DNA from: Patescibacteria group bacterium
GTDB taxonomy: Bacteria; Patescibacteriota; Patescibacteriia; JACQRZ01
Reading direction: 5' to 3'
Assembly: GCA_038065255.1 (NCBI GenBank)
Contig: JBBTRI010000006.1
Location: 73,240-137,239 of the forward strand
Length of the DNA: 64,000 bases
Below are positions 8,992 to 17,046 of the stretch, piece after piece. Every line of letters starts with the position of its first letter. Positions within the stretch are counted from its first letter, which is position 1. Made by a program: the position numbers and the translations under genes. The notes beneath the pieces were generated by a model. That model saw nothing but the letters and a program-made list of their open reading frames with translations, made no database searches and was not told the DNA's origin.

Positions 8992-10728
8992 ATGAATTCC
9001 ATTAATGAACATATCGCAGCGATTTTTGATGAGCTGGCAGTATTGTTTGAGATGGATGGCATTGCGTTTAAGCCTCGGGCATACGAAAAGGCTGCCGAAG
9101 AAATTCGTAACTACCCTGAGAGCCTAGATGTGGTCTATGGGCACAAAGGAAGGAAGGGGCTCGATGAGATTCCCGGGGTTGGAATTGGAATGGCAGAAAA
9201 AATCGAGGAATTTTTCAAAACAAAACACATAGGAGAATACAAGCAATATAAGAAAAAATACCCTATTTGCATTTCTGAACTGCGGTCAGTGGAAGGTGTG
9301 GGGCCGAAACATATTTTGTTAATGTATAAAAAACTCGGCATTGCATCCCTTTGCGATCTTGAACGAGCGATTAGACGACATGAGTTGAGAAACCTGCCTG
9401 GTTTTGGTGAAAAAACGGAAAAACGTATTGCCGAATCAATCTCCTTTCTTTCCAAAGACAGAGGAAGGCGCTTGTTAGGTCATGTACTGCCATTAGCTGA
9501 GCACATAGAGCTCTATTTGCAAGGCTTGCCGGGTGTGAAACATGCGGCAGTTGCCGGATCTATCCGCCGCCGACAGGAAACCATCGGTGATATTGATATA
9601 CTTGTATCAACATCACATCCATCCATGGCACTGGATGCATTTGTTGGTATGAGCGAGGTTGTTTCGGTTGTATCAAGAGGAGAGAAAAAAGCGCATGTGC
9701 GCCTTACCAATGGAATGAATGCGGATTTGTTAGTGGTTGATGATAAAATTTTTGGCGCAGCGTTGCAGTATTTTACTGGCGATAAGCAGCATAATATTCT
9801 TGTGCGCGAACGCGCGTCTAAGCAGGGAATGAAATTGAATGAATATGGACTTTGGAAGGAAAAAAAACGATTGGTTGCAAGGACGGAAAAAGATATCTAC
9901 CGAGCGCTTGGCATGGACTATATCGAACCGGAACTGCGCACTGCAAGCAGTGAACTACAAGCGGCACTAGCGAAAAAATTGCCGCACCTCGTGCCGTATG
10001 GATCCGTGCGCGGAGATCTTCAAACACAAACGGGTTGGACCGACGGATCGGCATCAATCCATGAAATGGCGCAAGCTGCGCTTGACTTGGGTCGTGAATA
10101 TATCGCCGTTACCGATCATACGAAAGCGCTAGCCATGACTGGCGGTCTTAATGAAATAGGATTGGCGCGCCAGGGCAGAGAAATCGATAAAGAAAATATC
10201 TTTTTCAAACAAAAAGGCATTCGCATTCTCAAAAGCGCAGAAGTGAATATTCTCAAAGACGGTTCACTCGATATTACTGATACCGCATTGAAGAAGTTGG
10301 ATGTTGTCGGCATCGCCGTGCACTCGCATTTCAAGCTTTCCCGTTCAGCTATGACCGAGAGGGTTATTCGTGCTATAAAAAATCGGAATGTTGATATTCT
10401 ATTTCATCCCACGGGGCGGCTTATCAATAAACGCCCAGGCTATGAAATCGATATGGAAAAAGTCATACGTGCTGCAAAGGAGTATCATGTTGCGCTTGAG
10501 ATCAATGCCTATCCGGAGAGGAGTGACTTGCGTGATGAGCATGTGCGTCTCGCAGTGAAGCTTGGCGCAAAGATGGTAATTAATAGTGATGCGCATGCAC
10601 CGGAGCATTTGAAATACATTCCTCTTGGCGAAGCGATTGCCCGCCGAGGTTGGGCGGAGAGCAAAGATATCCTTAACACTCAGCCTCTCAAAAAATGCCT
10701 ATCGTATTTTAGAAAATACCGTAGATAG
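8992..10728 (+). CDS. polX: DNA polymerase X with C-terminal PHP domain
   Basis: HhH motifs IPGVG and LPGFGEK, AGSIRR..TIGDIDIL, YFTG, PHP motifs TDHT, HPTGR, NSDAH. Confidence 0.93.
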   Translation: MNSINEHIAAIFDELAVLFEMDGIAFKPRAYEKAAEEIRNYPESLDVVYGHKGRKGLDEIPGVGIGMAEKIEEFFKTKHIGEYKQYKKKYPICISELRSVEGVGPKHILLMYKKLGIASLCDLERAIRRHELRNLPGFGEKTEKRIAESISFLSKDRGRRLLGHVLPLAEHIELYLQGLPGVKHAAVAGSIRRRQETIGDIDILVSTSHPSMALDAFVGMSEVVSVVSRGEKKAHVRLTNGMNADLLVVDDKIFGAALQYFTGDKQHNILVRERASKQGMKLNEYGLWKEKKRLVARTEKDIYRALGMDYIEPELRTASSELQAALAKKLPHLVPYGSVRGDLQTQTGWTDGSASIHEMAQAALDLGREYIAVTDHTKALAMTGGLNEIGLARQGREIDKENIFFKQKGIRILKSAEVNILKDGSLDITDTALKKLDVVGIAVHSHFKLSRSAMTERVIRAIKNRNVDILFHPTGRLINKRPGYEIDMEKVIRAAKEYHVALEINAYPERSDLRDEHVRLAVKLGAKMVINSDAHAPEHLKYIPLGEAIARRGWAESKDILNTQPLKKCLSYFRKYRR

Positions 10729-10732
10729 GGTA

Positions 10733-10761
10733 TTGACTTTTCTGTTTTATTAGATTAAAAC
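10733..10761 (+). promoter_or_regulatory. sigma70-like promoter of HD gene 1
   Basis: TTGACT-N17-TAAAAC. Same layout as the promoter of the paralog. Confidence 0.55.
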
Positions 10762-10793
10762 AGATGCATGACCAGTCGTTCTTTTAACATACC

Positions 10794-12395
10794 ATGAAGC
10801 AGTGGATTTCGAACGCATACCTTTGCCATATGGATACGCCGATCGACTATGACGACATCATATTTCTGCCCCATGAATTGTATCAACCGAAAACACTCAA
10901 TCACGAAATGAGAAGAGCATATCGGAATGAGAGGTTAAAAAAGATCATTCCGCGAAGTTGGACATTGGATTGGCAGCATGAAGCCGAAGAAAAGCATCTT
11001 GCTCATCATCGAGTATCTGGCACGCTTATGCGTAATACGAGCTTTTTAAATGAATTACGAGCGGAGTATGCAGGTTTCAGAAGACAGATGCATGCTGAGC
11101 CCTCCTGGATCAATACATTGCCAAAAAAGATACGGGGAGACATACGCAGATATTGGCATGCAGTGGAATACGAAGACCCGGAATGCATTGTCCCGTTTAT
11201 GCCGTTCTCTGATGTGCGATACCTTGTGCGGGAAGGTGGCATCTGCACGCATGCAATCCGTTCATGTGCTCTCTACCGTCTTGGCCATATCAGACAACTC
11301 GGTAATTTACACGATCCGATTGTATTCGAAGAAGGATTTGCGGCACTGGGACAGCGCTTCGGACATACGCGCTACCAGCATGTGCATGATGTATCCGCAT
11401 TGATAACCCTCATGGGATTAAATAACGGCATTGAGCATCGTTTGTTGTCGCACCTGCGCATTTCTGCGCTTATTCACGATGGGCTCACACCCGCTCATGG
11501 GGATGGCACAAAAGCGATTGACCCCGAAAGATTTGATGAAGATGCGTTTATTGCGGCACTTCTTACTGGTGCGGAGTGGGAGGAGTTCAGGGACAGGTAT
11601 GGCATTTCAAAAAGCCTCTTGGTTGATATTGTACAGCATCGCCATAACCTTGGCGTGATGCTCGACTATGCCGATCGCATTGCCTATGTATCACGCGATC
11701 TGGAAGCGTATTTGATGAGGTATCATAAGTACTTGCGTGTCAACAAATCTCGCGATTATCAGATGCTTTTGGAGATTGTGAAGCGTGATCCGCAGGTATG
11801 TTCGCTCTGGGACACGATTCGTCTCGATGCAAGTGGTGCCGTGTATTGCGATAATCCTGAAAAACTTGAGCAGTTTCTCCGGGTGCGCATTTTAATGTTT
11901 CGTGCACTGTACTACAATCCTCATGCACGATTCATGGAGTACTTTGTCAGTCGAGCCATTACAGGAGTATTGTATAAAAAAGGACTTCTGACTCATGAAG
12001 CGCTATTGAGGATGGGAGATTTTGAGCTTGATGGGATCATCGGTAATGTTCTTAATGACCCCTACACTATGGCATTTCCCAGTGATTTTGGTGAAGCACA
12101 TCTCAAGCGTTTTGCGAACCGTGAAGAAGCGGCATGTTTTGAAGCTGATCTCAAACGGCAGGGGATTATAATCACGCTTCTTGATGATGTTGACCGCAAG
12201 ATAAGGTCTGGGACGAAATACAGAGTCAAAAATGCCCGTGGCGATATCGCGGCATTCCACACTCTCTATTCCCATCAGGCGGCAGCTCTTGAGCGCCTCT
12301 GCATCATTCCCAATCCATTTGCAGTTTATTGGATTGAGAACAATGCAGTTACCGAGCGCGTACAGGGATTACTGGAAGATCCAGTAGCGCCATAA
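10794..12395 (+). CDS. HD-domain phosphohydrolase (dNTP triphosphohydrolase/SAMHD1-like fold), paralog 1
   Basis: RLGHIRQLG, HTRYQH, IHDGLTPAHGD, ADRIAYVSRD, LYYNP. Confidence 0.8.
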   Translation: MKQWISNAYLCHMDTPIDYDDIIFLPHELYQPKTLNHEMRRAYRNERLKKIIPRSWTLDWQHEAEEKHLAHHRVSGTLMRNTSFLNELRAEYAGFRRQMHAEPSWINTLPKKIRGDIRRYWHAVEYEDPECIVPFMPFSDVRYLVREGGICTHAIRSCALYRLGHIRQLGNLHDPIVFEEGFAALGQRFGHTRYQHVHDVSALITLMGLNNGIEHRLLSHLRISALIHDGLTPAHGDGTKAIDPERFDEDAFIAALLTGAEWEEFRDRYGISKSLLVDIVQHRHNLGVMLDYADRIAYVSRDLEAYLMRYHKYLRVNKSRDYQMLLEIVKRDPQVCSLWDTIRLDASGAVYCDNPEKLEQFLRVRILMFRALYYNPHARFMEYFVSRAITGVLYKKGLLTHEALLRMGDFELDGIIGNVLNDPYTMAFPSDFGEAHLKRFANREEAACFEADLKRQGIIITLLDDVDRKIRSGTKYRVKNARGDIAAFHTLYSHQAAALERLCIIPNPFAVYWIENNAVTERVQGLLEDPVAP

Positions 12396-12431
12396 CCGAC
12401 CAATAATGTAAAGGGTCGGTTTTTCTTTTTT
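12394..12431 (+). terminator. Intrinsic terminator
   Basis: AACCGACC...GGTCGGTT hairpin followed by a T-tract. Confidence 0.7.
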
Positions 12432-12436
12432 AAGTA

Positions 12437-12465
12437 TTGACAACTACATCAAAATAGACTAAAAC
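12437..12465 (+). promoter_or_regulatory. sigma70-like promoter of HD gene 2
   Basis: TTGACA-N17-TAAAAC. Confidence 0.55.
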
Positions 12466-12491
12466 GATCACATGATTGTTCTTTTGAAAAC

Positions 12492-14075
12492 ATGAAAAAA
12501 GGATATCTTGGAAAATTTTTACGAGATATAGAAGATGACTGGTATGTCGATGACATAGTTTTTTTGCCCGTTCCGCTTCGCAGCGATCTTGAGGTAGAAC
12601 ATGTAGTGCATCAATTCATGATGCAGGACGTTTTTTACGCGAAGGTGCGTCTGTGGAGTAATGACGCTGACTATTTCAATACTCAGAACGCAAAGCACGT
12701 ACTGCAGTCTATCCGATTTGAATATGATGTATATTGTAATAATTACCACGGAGAGCCTGAGTGGATCCCGAGTGCACCACAGCGGTTGAGAGCGGATCTT
12801 CGTTCTAATCGGCGACCCTGCTGGATTGATGAAAATCAGGATATTACTCTTGCGCCATTCCGCTTGCCATATTCAAGTATCCACTACTGTATTAAAGATA
12901 GAGGACTCGCGCATGATATTGAGCGCGCATGCAACCTATGGCGCATAACCGACGTGCGTCAACTTGGGAATCTAAGCGATCCGACCATAGAACAGGGAAG
13001 CCATATTCATCGCTGCGAATTGCGTCATCGCCATACACGCTACATGCATGTTATGGATGTGCATGTAATGCTGTTGTTGATTGCAAAAAACAACGGGATT
13101 TCAGAGAGAGATATTCTCCATTTACGCATTGCTGGCATATTGCATGATGCGCTTACTCCAGCGCATGGGGACACAACAAAACTTGTTGACCCTGAAGCAT
13201 TTGATGAAGATGCCAATGTGAGAACGCTTTTTGTCAGTCAAGAGTGGAAAAATGTTAGAGAAGCCTACAGTCTAGATGAAGATCTTATTGCAGACACCGT
13301 TCAGGGGAAGGGGTTGTTTGGAGAATTACTCGATATAGCAGATAAGCTGTGCTATGTTGCGCGGGACGCATGGGCATTTGTTGAGCGGTGTAGGTCGCTT
13401 CAAGATCACGAGTTGCCGGAAGGTGCGCGGACAATCCTCGGAATTCTTAAAGGATATCCCACTCTCTGTGATCTCTGGGAGACGGTCAGAATTGAACAGG
13501 ATCGACCAGTCTTTACTGATGGAGTTTGGCTTGGCGCATTCCTGCGCTTGCGCACACTTTTGTTTAAGTACTTCTATTTCTCGCCAAATGCACGGTATGT
13601 AGAATATGTCCTTGCGAAAGTTATGATCAATTATCTTTATCGCACGCAGAAATTGAATGCAAAAAAGTTATTGTCCATGAATGATGGTGATGTGGATCGC
13701 ATGATAGGCGAACTTGTAGGAACGCCATGGGTGATGCACCAGCCGGAATCAGTTGGACGTCCATTCAGTGAAGAGTTCAACACCCTTGCTGCCGCTCAAA
13801 AGCGCGAGAAGGAAATTATTGCATCTGGCAATCCACTGACACTCATTGAAGATCTCACTGGCAAATGCAAACCATCAACTAAGTTTCTCGTTTGGACAGA
13901 GGGGGGAAGTGTCGTGCCTTTTCAGGAAGCGCACCAAATGGCAGCAGAACTTATTCGCCAAACGGCAACTATTACGCCACCTATTCAATTGTACTATGTG
14001 CCCGATCCACATATGCGCCACGATACGCTTGTGAAGCTGTTAAAGCATCGCAAGAAGGAGTGCGGTATTTTCTAG
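12492..14075 (+). CDS. HD-domain phosphohydrolase, paralog 2
   Basis: RITDVRQLG, HTRYMH, LHDALTPAHGD, ADKLCYVARD. Collinear with 10794..12395. Confidence 0.8.
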   Translation: MKKGYLGKFLRDIEDDWYVDDIVFLPVPLRSDLEVEHVVHQFMMQDVFYAKVRLWSNDADYFNTQNAKHVLQSIRFEYDVYCNNYHGEPEWIPSAPQRLRADLRSNRRPCWIDENQDITLAPFRLPYSSIHYCIKDRGLAHDIERACNLWRITDVRQLGNLSDPTIEQGSHIHRCELRHRHTRYMHVMDVHVMLLLIAKNNGISERDILHLRIAGILHDALTPAHGDTTKLVDPEAFDEDANVRTLFVSQEWKNVREAYSLDEDLIADTVQGKGLFGELLDIADKLCYVARDAWAFVERCRSLQDHELPEGARTILGILKGYPTLCDLWETVRIEQDRPVFTDGVWLGAFLRLRTLLFKYFYFSPNARYVEYVLAKVMINYLYRTQKLNAKKLLSMNDGDVDRMIGELVGTPWVMHQPESVGRPFSEEFNTLAAAQKREKEIIASGNPLTLIEDLTGKCKPSTKFLVWTEGGSVVPFQEAHQMAAELIRQTATITPPIQLYYVPDPHMRHDTLVKLLKHRKKECGIF

Positions 14076-14100
14076 ACTCGCAATGCGAGTCTTTTTTCTT
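14074..14100 (+). terminator. Intrinsic terminator
   Basis: AGACTCGC-aat-GCGAGTCT followed by a T-tract. Confidence 0.75.
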
Positions 14101-14148
14101 AAGCGCGGAATCTTGACTTTTGACACTTTTCGTGCTATCTTCTTTTTC

Positions 14149-14790
14149 ATGTACCTTCCATCATTCGTGACACCTGAGACTGTAGGGGGCGTCGGACTGG
14201 TAGCGCTTGGACTTTGGGGTGGCTGGCAACAATTCAAGCAAGCACAGATCATCTACAAAAAAGGGCATTGCAATGCCATATCAACCGAAGGCATGCTTAT
14301 TCAGCTTTTCATGGGATATGTCACTGTCGTTTACGGATCATTTATCGGAAGCATCCCCATGCTTGTTCATGGCGCTTCTCGCATACTCGGGCTCTATGTA
14401 ATTCTTCGAGGTATTAAGAAATACCGCGGATTCAGTCGGATGCATAGTGCATTGCGGATAGGTATGCACAGTATGATTCTTTCACTACTTTTACTGCCGT
14501 ACAAAGGACAGCTTTATCTTGCTTTTTCGATATTTGCGCTTTGGGGAAGCATTTCGCAAGTTATCGAATTGTGGAATGCAAAGCAGACTGGCGCTCTTGA
14601 TATACGGCTTCAGTGTGTGTATTTTATTAGTGCATCTTTTTGGTTGATCTATGGTCTTGGCATTCATGATACCTTCATTATCGCAATGAGTATGTGCTTC
14701 ATAGTTCTTTTGGTAATGATCATTGGGCTATGGTTTTTCTATTTTTTTCGGGAACGAAAAGTCGCAACCGTTTCCAGTACCTCGCCCTAG
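14149..14790 (+). CDS. PQ-loop/MtN3 (SWEET-like) membrane transporter with two repeats
   Basis: Start set at ATG 14149, after TTGACT-N17-TATCTT. About 7 hydrophobic segments. Repeats QAQIIYKKGHCNAIS and QVIELWNAKQTGALD...FWLIYG. Confidence 0.65.
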   Translation: MYLPSFVTPETVGGVGLVALGLWGGWQQFKQAQIIYKKGHCNAISTEGMLIQLFMGYVTVVYGSFIGSIPMLVHGASRILGLYVILRGIKKYRGFSRMHSALRIGMHSMILSLLLLPYKGQLYLAFSIFALWGSISQVIELWNAKQTGALDIRLQCVYFISASFWLIYGLGIHDTFIIAMSMCFIVLLVMIIGLWFFYFFRERKVATVSSTSP

Positions 14791-14812
14791 TAGCGAGGTT
14801 TTTTCTTTTTTT
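14779..14812 (+). terminator. Intrinsic terminator overlapping the stop codon
   Basis: ACCTCGC-cctagta-GCGAGGT followed by a T-tract. Confidence 0.75.
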
Positions 14813-14817
14813 AAGCA

Positions 14818-14845
14818 TTGACAATGAAGATAAATCATGTATAAT
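14818..14845 (+). promoter_or_regulatory. sigma70 promoter
   Basis: TTGACA-N16-TATAAT. Confidence 0.75.
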
Positions 14846-14866
14846 GCCTCAGACTTGAATGACACA

Positions 14867-15403
14867 ATGTCAAATGATGTTGATCTACTGAATCACGTTC
14901 TTTTTATTCTAAAACGTGTTGCCGAACGGGGAGACCTGCTTGTCACTGAAATAGAAATGATTTCATGGCAGAATGAAACAAATGCCGATCTTCGCATGGC
15001 TCTGCACCGCAGATGCACACAGATGCTTGCAGAATTGTTGGCGAACCTTAAGATTCATTTGTTGGGAATTGCAAATCGCGCATTGCGACATGAGGTATCC
15101 AAGATGGTCGGAGAGTTATCCGATGCCGCGAAAGAAGTTCTTGATAATCAAGATGCCACAAGCGCTTCGCACAGATCTCTTTGGATACAAAAAGATTCGC
15201 AAAGGGATGCCCCCTATCGGATCGAAGAAATCATTCAGCATATCGAACGACATATCGAATTAAAAAGAACAGAAGTCATTCCGTGCCCCGAATGTGGCGA
15301 GAAAATGGAACGTTCAGAAGATAGATATACCTGTAGGAAGTGCGGCGGATCTTACGAATACCAACATTGCCCCCACTGCAAGAAAATCATTCGACCCTCC
15401 TGA
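14867..15403 (+). CDS. Hypothetical protein with C-terminal zinc ribbon(s)
   Basis: Start moved to ATG 14867 because ATG 14837 lies within the promoter. CPEC...CRKC...CPHC. Confidence 0.65.
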   Translation: MSNDVDLLNHVLFILKRVAERGDLLVTEIEMISWQNETNADLRMALHRRCTQMLAELLANLKIHLLGIANRALRHEVSKMVGELSDAAKEVLDNQDATSASHRSLWIQKDSQRDAPYRIEEIIQHIERHIELKRTEVIPCPECGEKMERSEDRYTCRKCGGSYEYQHCPHCKKIIRPS

Positions 15404-15415
15404 AGGGTCTTTTTT
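15393..15415 (+). terminator. Intrinsic terminator overlapping the stop codon
   Basis: GACCCT-cctga-AGGGTC followed by a T-tract. Confidence 0.7.
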
Positions 15416-15417
15416 AT

Positions 15418-15445
15418 TTGACTGGTTTTTTTGATATGCTATTCT
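15418..15445 (+). promoter_or_regulatory. sigma70 promoter of the leader peptide/ATP-grasp unit
   Basis: TTGACT-N16-TATTCT with an extended -10 TG. Confidence 0.65.
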
Positions 15446-15453
15446 AGTAATGT

Positions 15454-15525
15454 ATGAATATTAAACATAGCTCAAGTTTCTTTTTTGGTTTTTTTGCAAC
15501 CCTGCAGAGAGTGGCGGCTGTTTGA
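15454..15525 (+). CDS. Putative Phe-rich leader peptide MNIKHSSSFFFGFFATLQRVAAV
   Basis: Translated by hand (below the ORF-track cutoff). Five Phe in six codons (15478-15495). ATG lies 8 nt after the -10 box, and a terminator follows. Confidence 0.7.
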   Translation: MNIKHSSSFFFGFFATLQRVAAV

Positions 15526-15584
15526 TGTCATACATACGATTCAAAACGAACATCACCCCGCCTCCAAGCGGGGTTTTTCTTTTT
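15513..15584 (+). promoter_or_regulatory. Transcription attenuator (antiterminator/terminator)
   Basis: Terminator ACCCCGC-ctccaa-GCGGGGT plus T-tract (15555-15584). Alternative pairing GGCGG(15513-17)/CCGCC(15558-62) and TGATGT(15523-28)/ACATCA(15550-55) sequesters its 5' arm. Confidence 0.7.
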
Positions 15585-15658
15585 CGCATCTGATATGGAA
15601 ATCGTTCCGTAAAACGATTTCTCCATCGGCTTCGAAGAAGCCAACCGTTCTTTACAAG

Positions 15659-16960
15659 ATGAAGCAAATGAATACAAATGCTGTTTATATTCACAATGCA
15701 ATGCAAGCGTTGGAAGGATTCACATTTCCCGGTATAGAGGACTATGCATCACGCGCTCTTACAAATCAGGGAGGGATTGCGATCATTGCAAAATCCCCGC
15801 ATATGTCGGAAGAATCAATTCGAACGATCCTGGAATACTATTCATCAATCGGCCTTGGTGTGGATGGAGTGCTATGCCTTCCGGTAGGCGAGGATGGCGA
15901 TCTGTATCCGGGCTTACAGAGTGAAAATGCTTGTAAAGCAATCAATAGCTTTATTGATGAGGGATATAGAATTCAGTTTTTCAATACTCGTGCAGGGATG
16001 GAGGAAGAGGTGATTCGTAAGCTTGGGCTTGATTGGAATAAGAATACAATATCAATCCCCTCGAAACTTGCTGATCTTGGGAATAATAAGGCGCACGTGC
16101 GACGTGTTGCCCAAGATCTGAAGCTTGGCACCCTTTTTCCTCAGCACAGAATTGTTTCCGGATTTCCTGATCTTGTGCGCGCATTTCATGCCATGCGGTC
16201 TGAATATGGGGAAGTAGTTATCAAGCTTCCTGCATGGGCATCGGGTCTGGGAATGGCATTTGGCAATTCCAATGATGTACTCGCAGGCTTTGTGTATGAT
16301 CATAGTAATCGCCTGAACAATGTCATTGTTGAGCGCTCGCTTGGTGCCCACCATGTTTCTATGACTATCGTGAAGCGGTTTGTCGATGGACAAGAAGTTG
16401 ATTCTTGGATCACCAATCAGGATTGTCTTCAACGTGATGGCGCTGTTTCTCATGTTGGTTCCGTTTTGGGCGAACTGCCTTTTGTGACAAGCGAGGATGC
16501 CGCATGGATGCAGTCTGCTACAGCACCGCTATATAAGCATTTCTTGGCTAAGCACCCAACGCTCACAGGAGTGATCAACTGGGACTGTATCAAGGGTGAG
16601 AGCGGTGAGCGCTATGTGCTCGAAGGAAATTTCCGCGTAACATTCTCTACTTATATTCGGTCGATCCAGCTGTCGCTTGCGCATACGCAGAAAAGCCTGC
16701 CGGGTTCTGTGACGTGTATTGTGCAGAAAGTTCATCCGCGAAAAGAAATCACATCATTTGCCCATCTGAAACACGCGCTAGGCACGGCACTGCTTCAAGA
16801 CGCAATGTCTGCCGGTGTCATCCCTATCGTTCTTCCATGTCTTACCCGCAACGGCTATTGCTATTTTGTTGCAGTGGGAGATTCATATGCAGATGCGCTC
16901 TGTGCTCTTGAAGAGTCATTGGAGCGCACATGTAGCCAGAAACGCCTCGTAGTTAGCTAG
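15659..16960 (+). CDS. ATP-grasp domain protein (peptide-ligase PGM1-like architecture)
   Basis: GNNKAHVR, VVIKLPAWASGLGM, VIVER, INWDCI...YVLEGNFRVTFSTY (D...ExNxR). Start is ATG 15659 or 15668. Confidence 0.75.
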   Translation: MKQMNTNAVYIHNAMQALEGFTFPGIEDYASRALTNQGGIAIIAKSPHMSEESIRTILEYYSSIGLGVDGVLCLPVGEDGDLYPGLQSENACKAINSFIDEGYRIQFFNTRAGMEEEVIRKLGLDWNKNTISIPSKLADLGNNKAHVRRVAQDLKLGTLFPQHRIVSGFPDLVRAFHAMRSEYGEVVIKLPAWASGLGMAFGNSNDVLAGFVYDHSNRLNNVIVERSLGAHHVSMTIVKRFVDGQEVDSWITNQDCLQRDGAVSHVGSVLGELPFVTSEDAAWMQSATAPLYKHFLAKHPTLTGVINWDCIKGESGERYVLEGNFRVTFSTYIRSIQLSLAHTQKSLPGSVTCIVQKVHPRKEITSFAHLKHALGTALLQDAMSAGVIPIVLPCLTRNGYCYFVAVGDSYADALCALEESLERTCSQKRLVVS

Positions 16961-16980
16961 AGCGTTCTGGCTTTTTATTT
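16933..16980 (+). terminator. Intrinsic terminator
   Basis: AGCCAGAAACGC...GCGTTCTGGCT imperfect stem followed by a T-tract. Confidence 0.6.
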
Positions 16981-17046
16981 AGGCGAACAGGTAGGAGATT
17001 GACATTCTTTTTCACACGTGATATATCTATGGCATTGTAACTTGAC

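Noticed and set aside
15485-15658. N-terminal extension of the ATP-grasp ORF in the ORF track
   Set aside because: It starts at a TTG inside the leader peptide and runs through the terminator. ATG 15659 or 15668 is more plausible.
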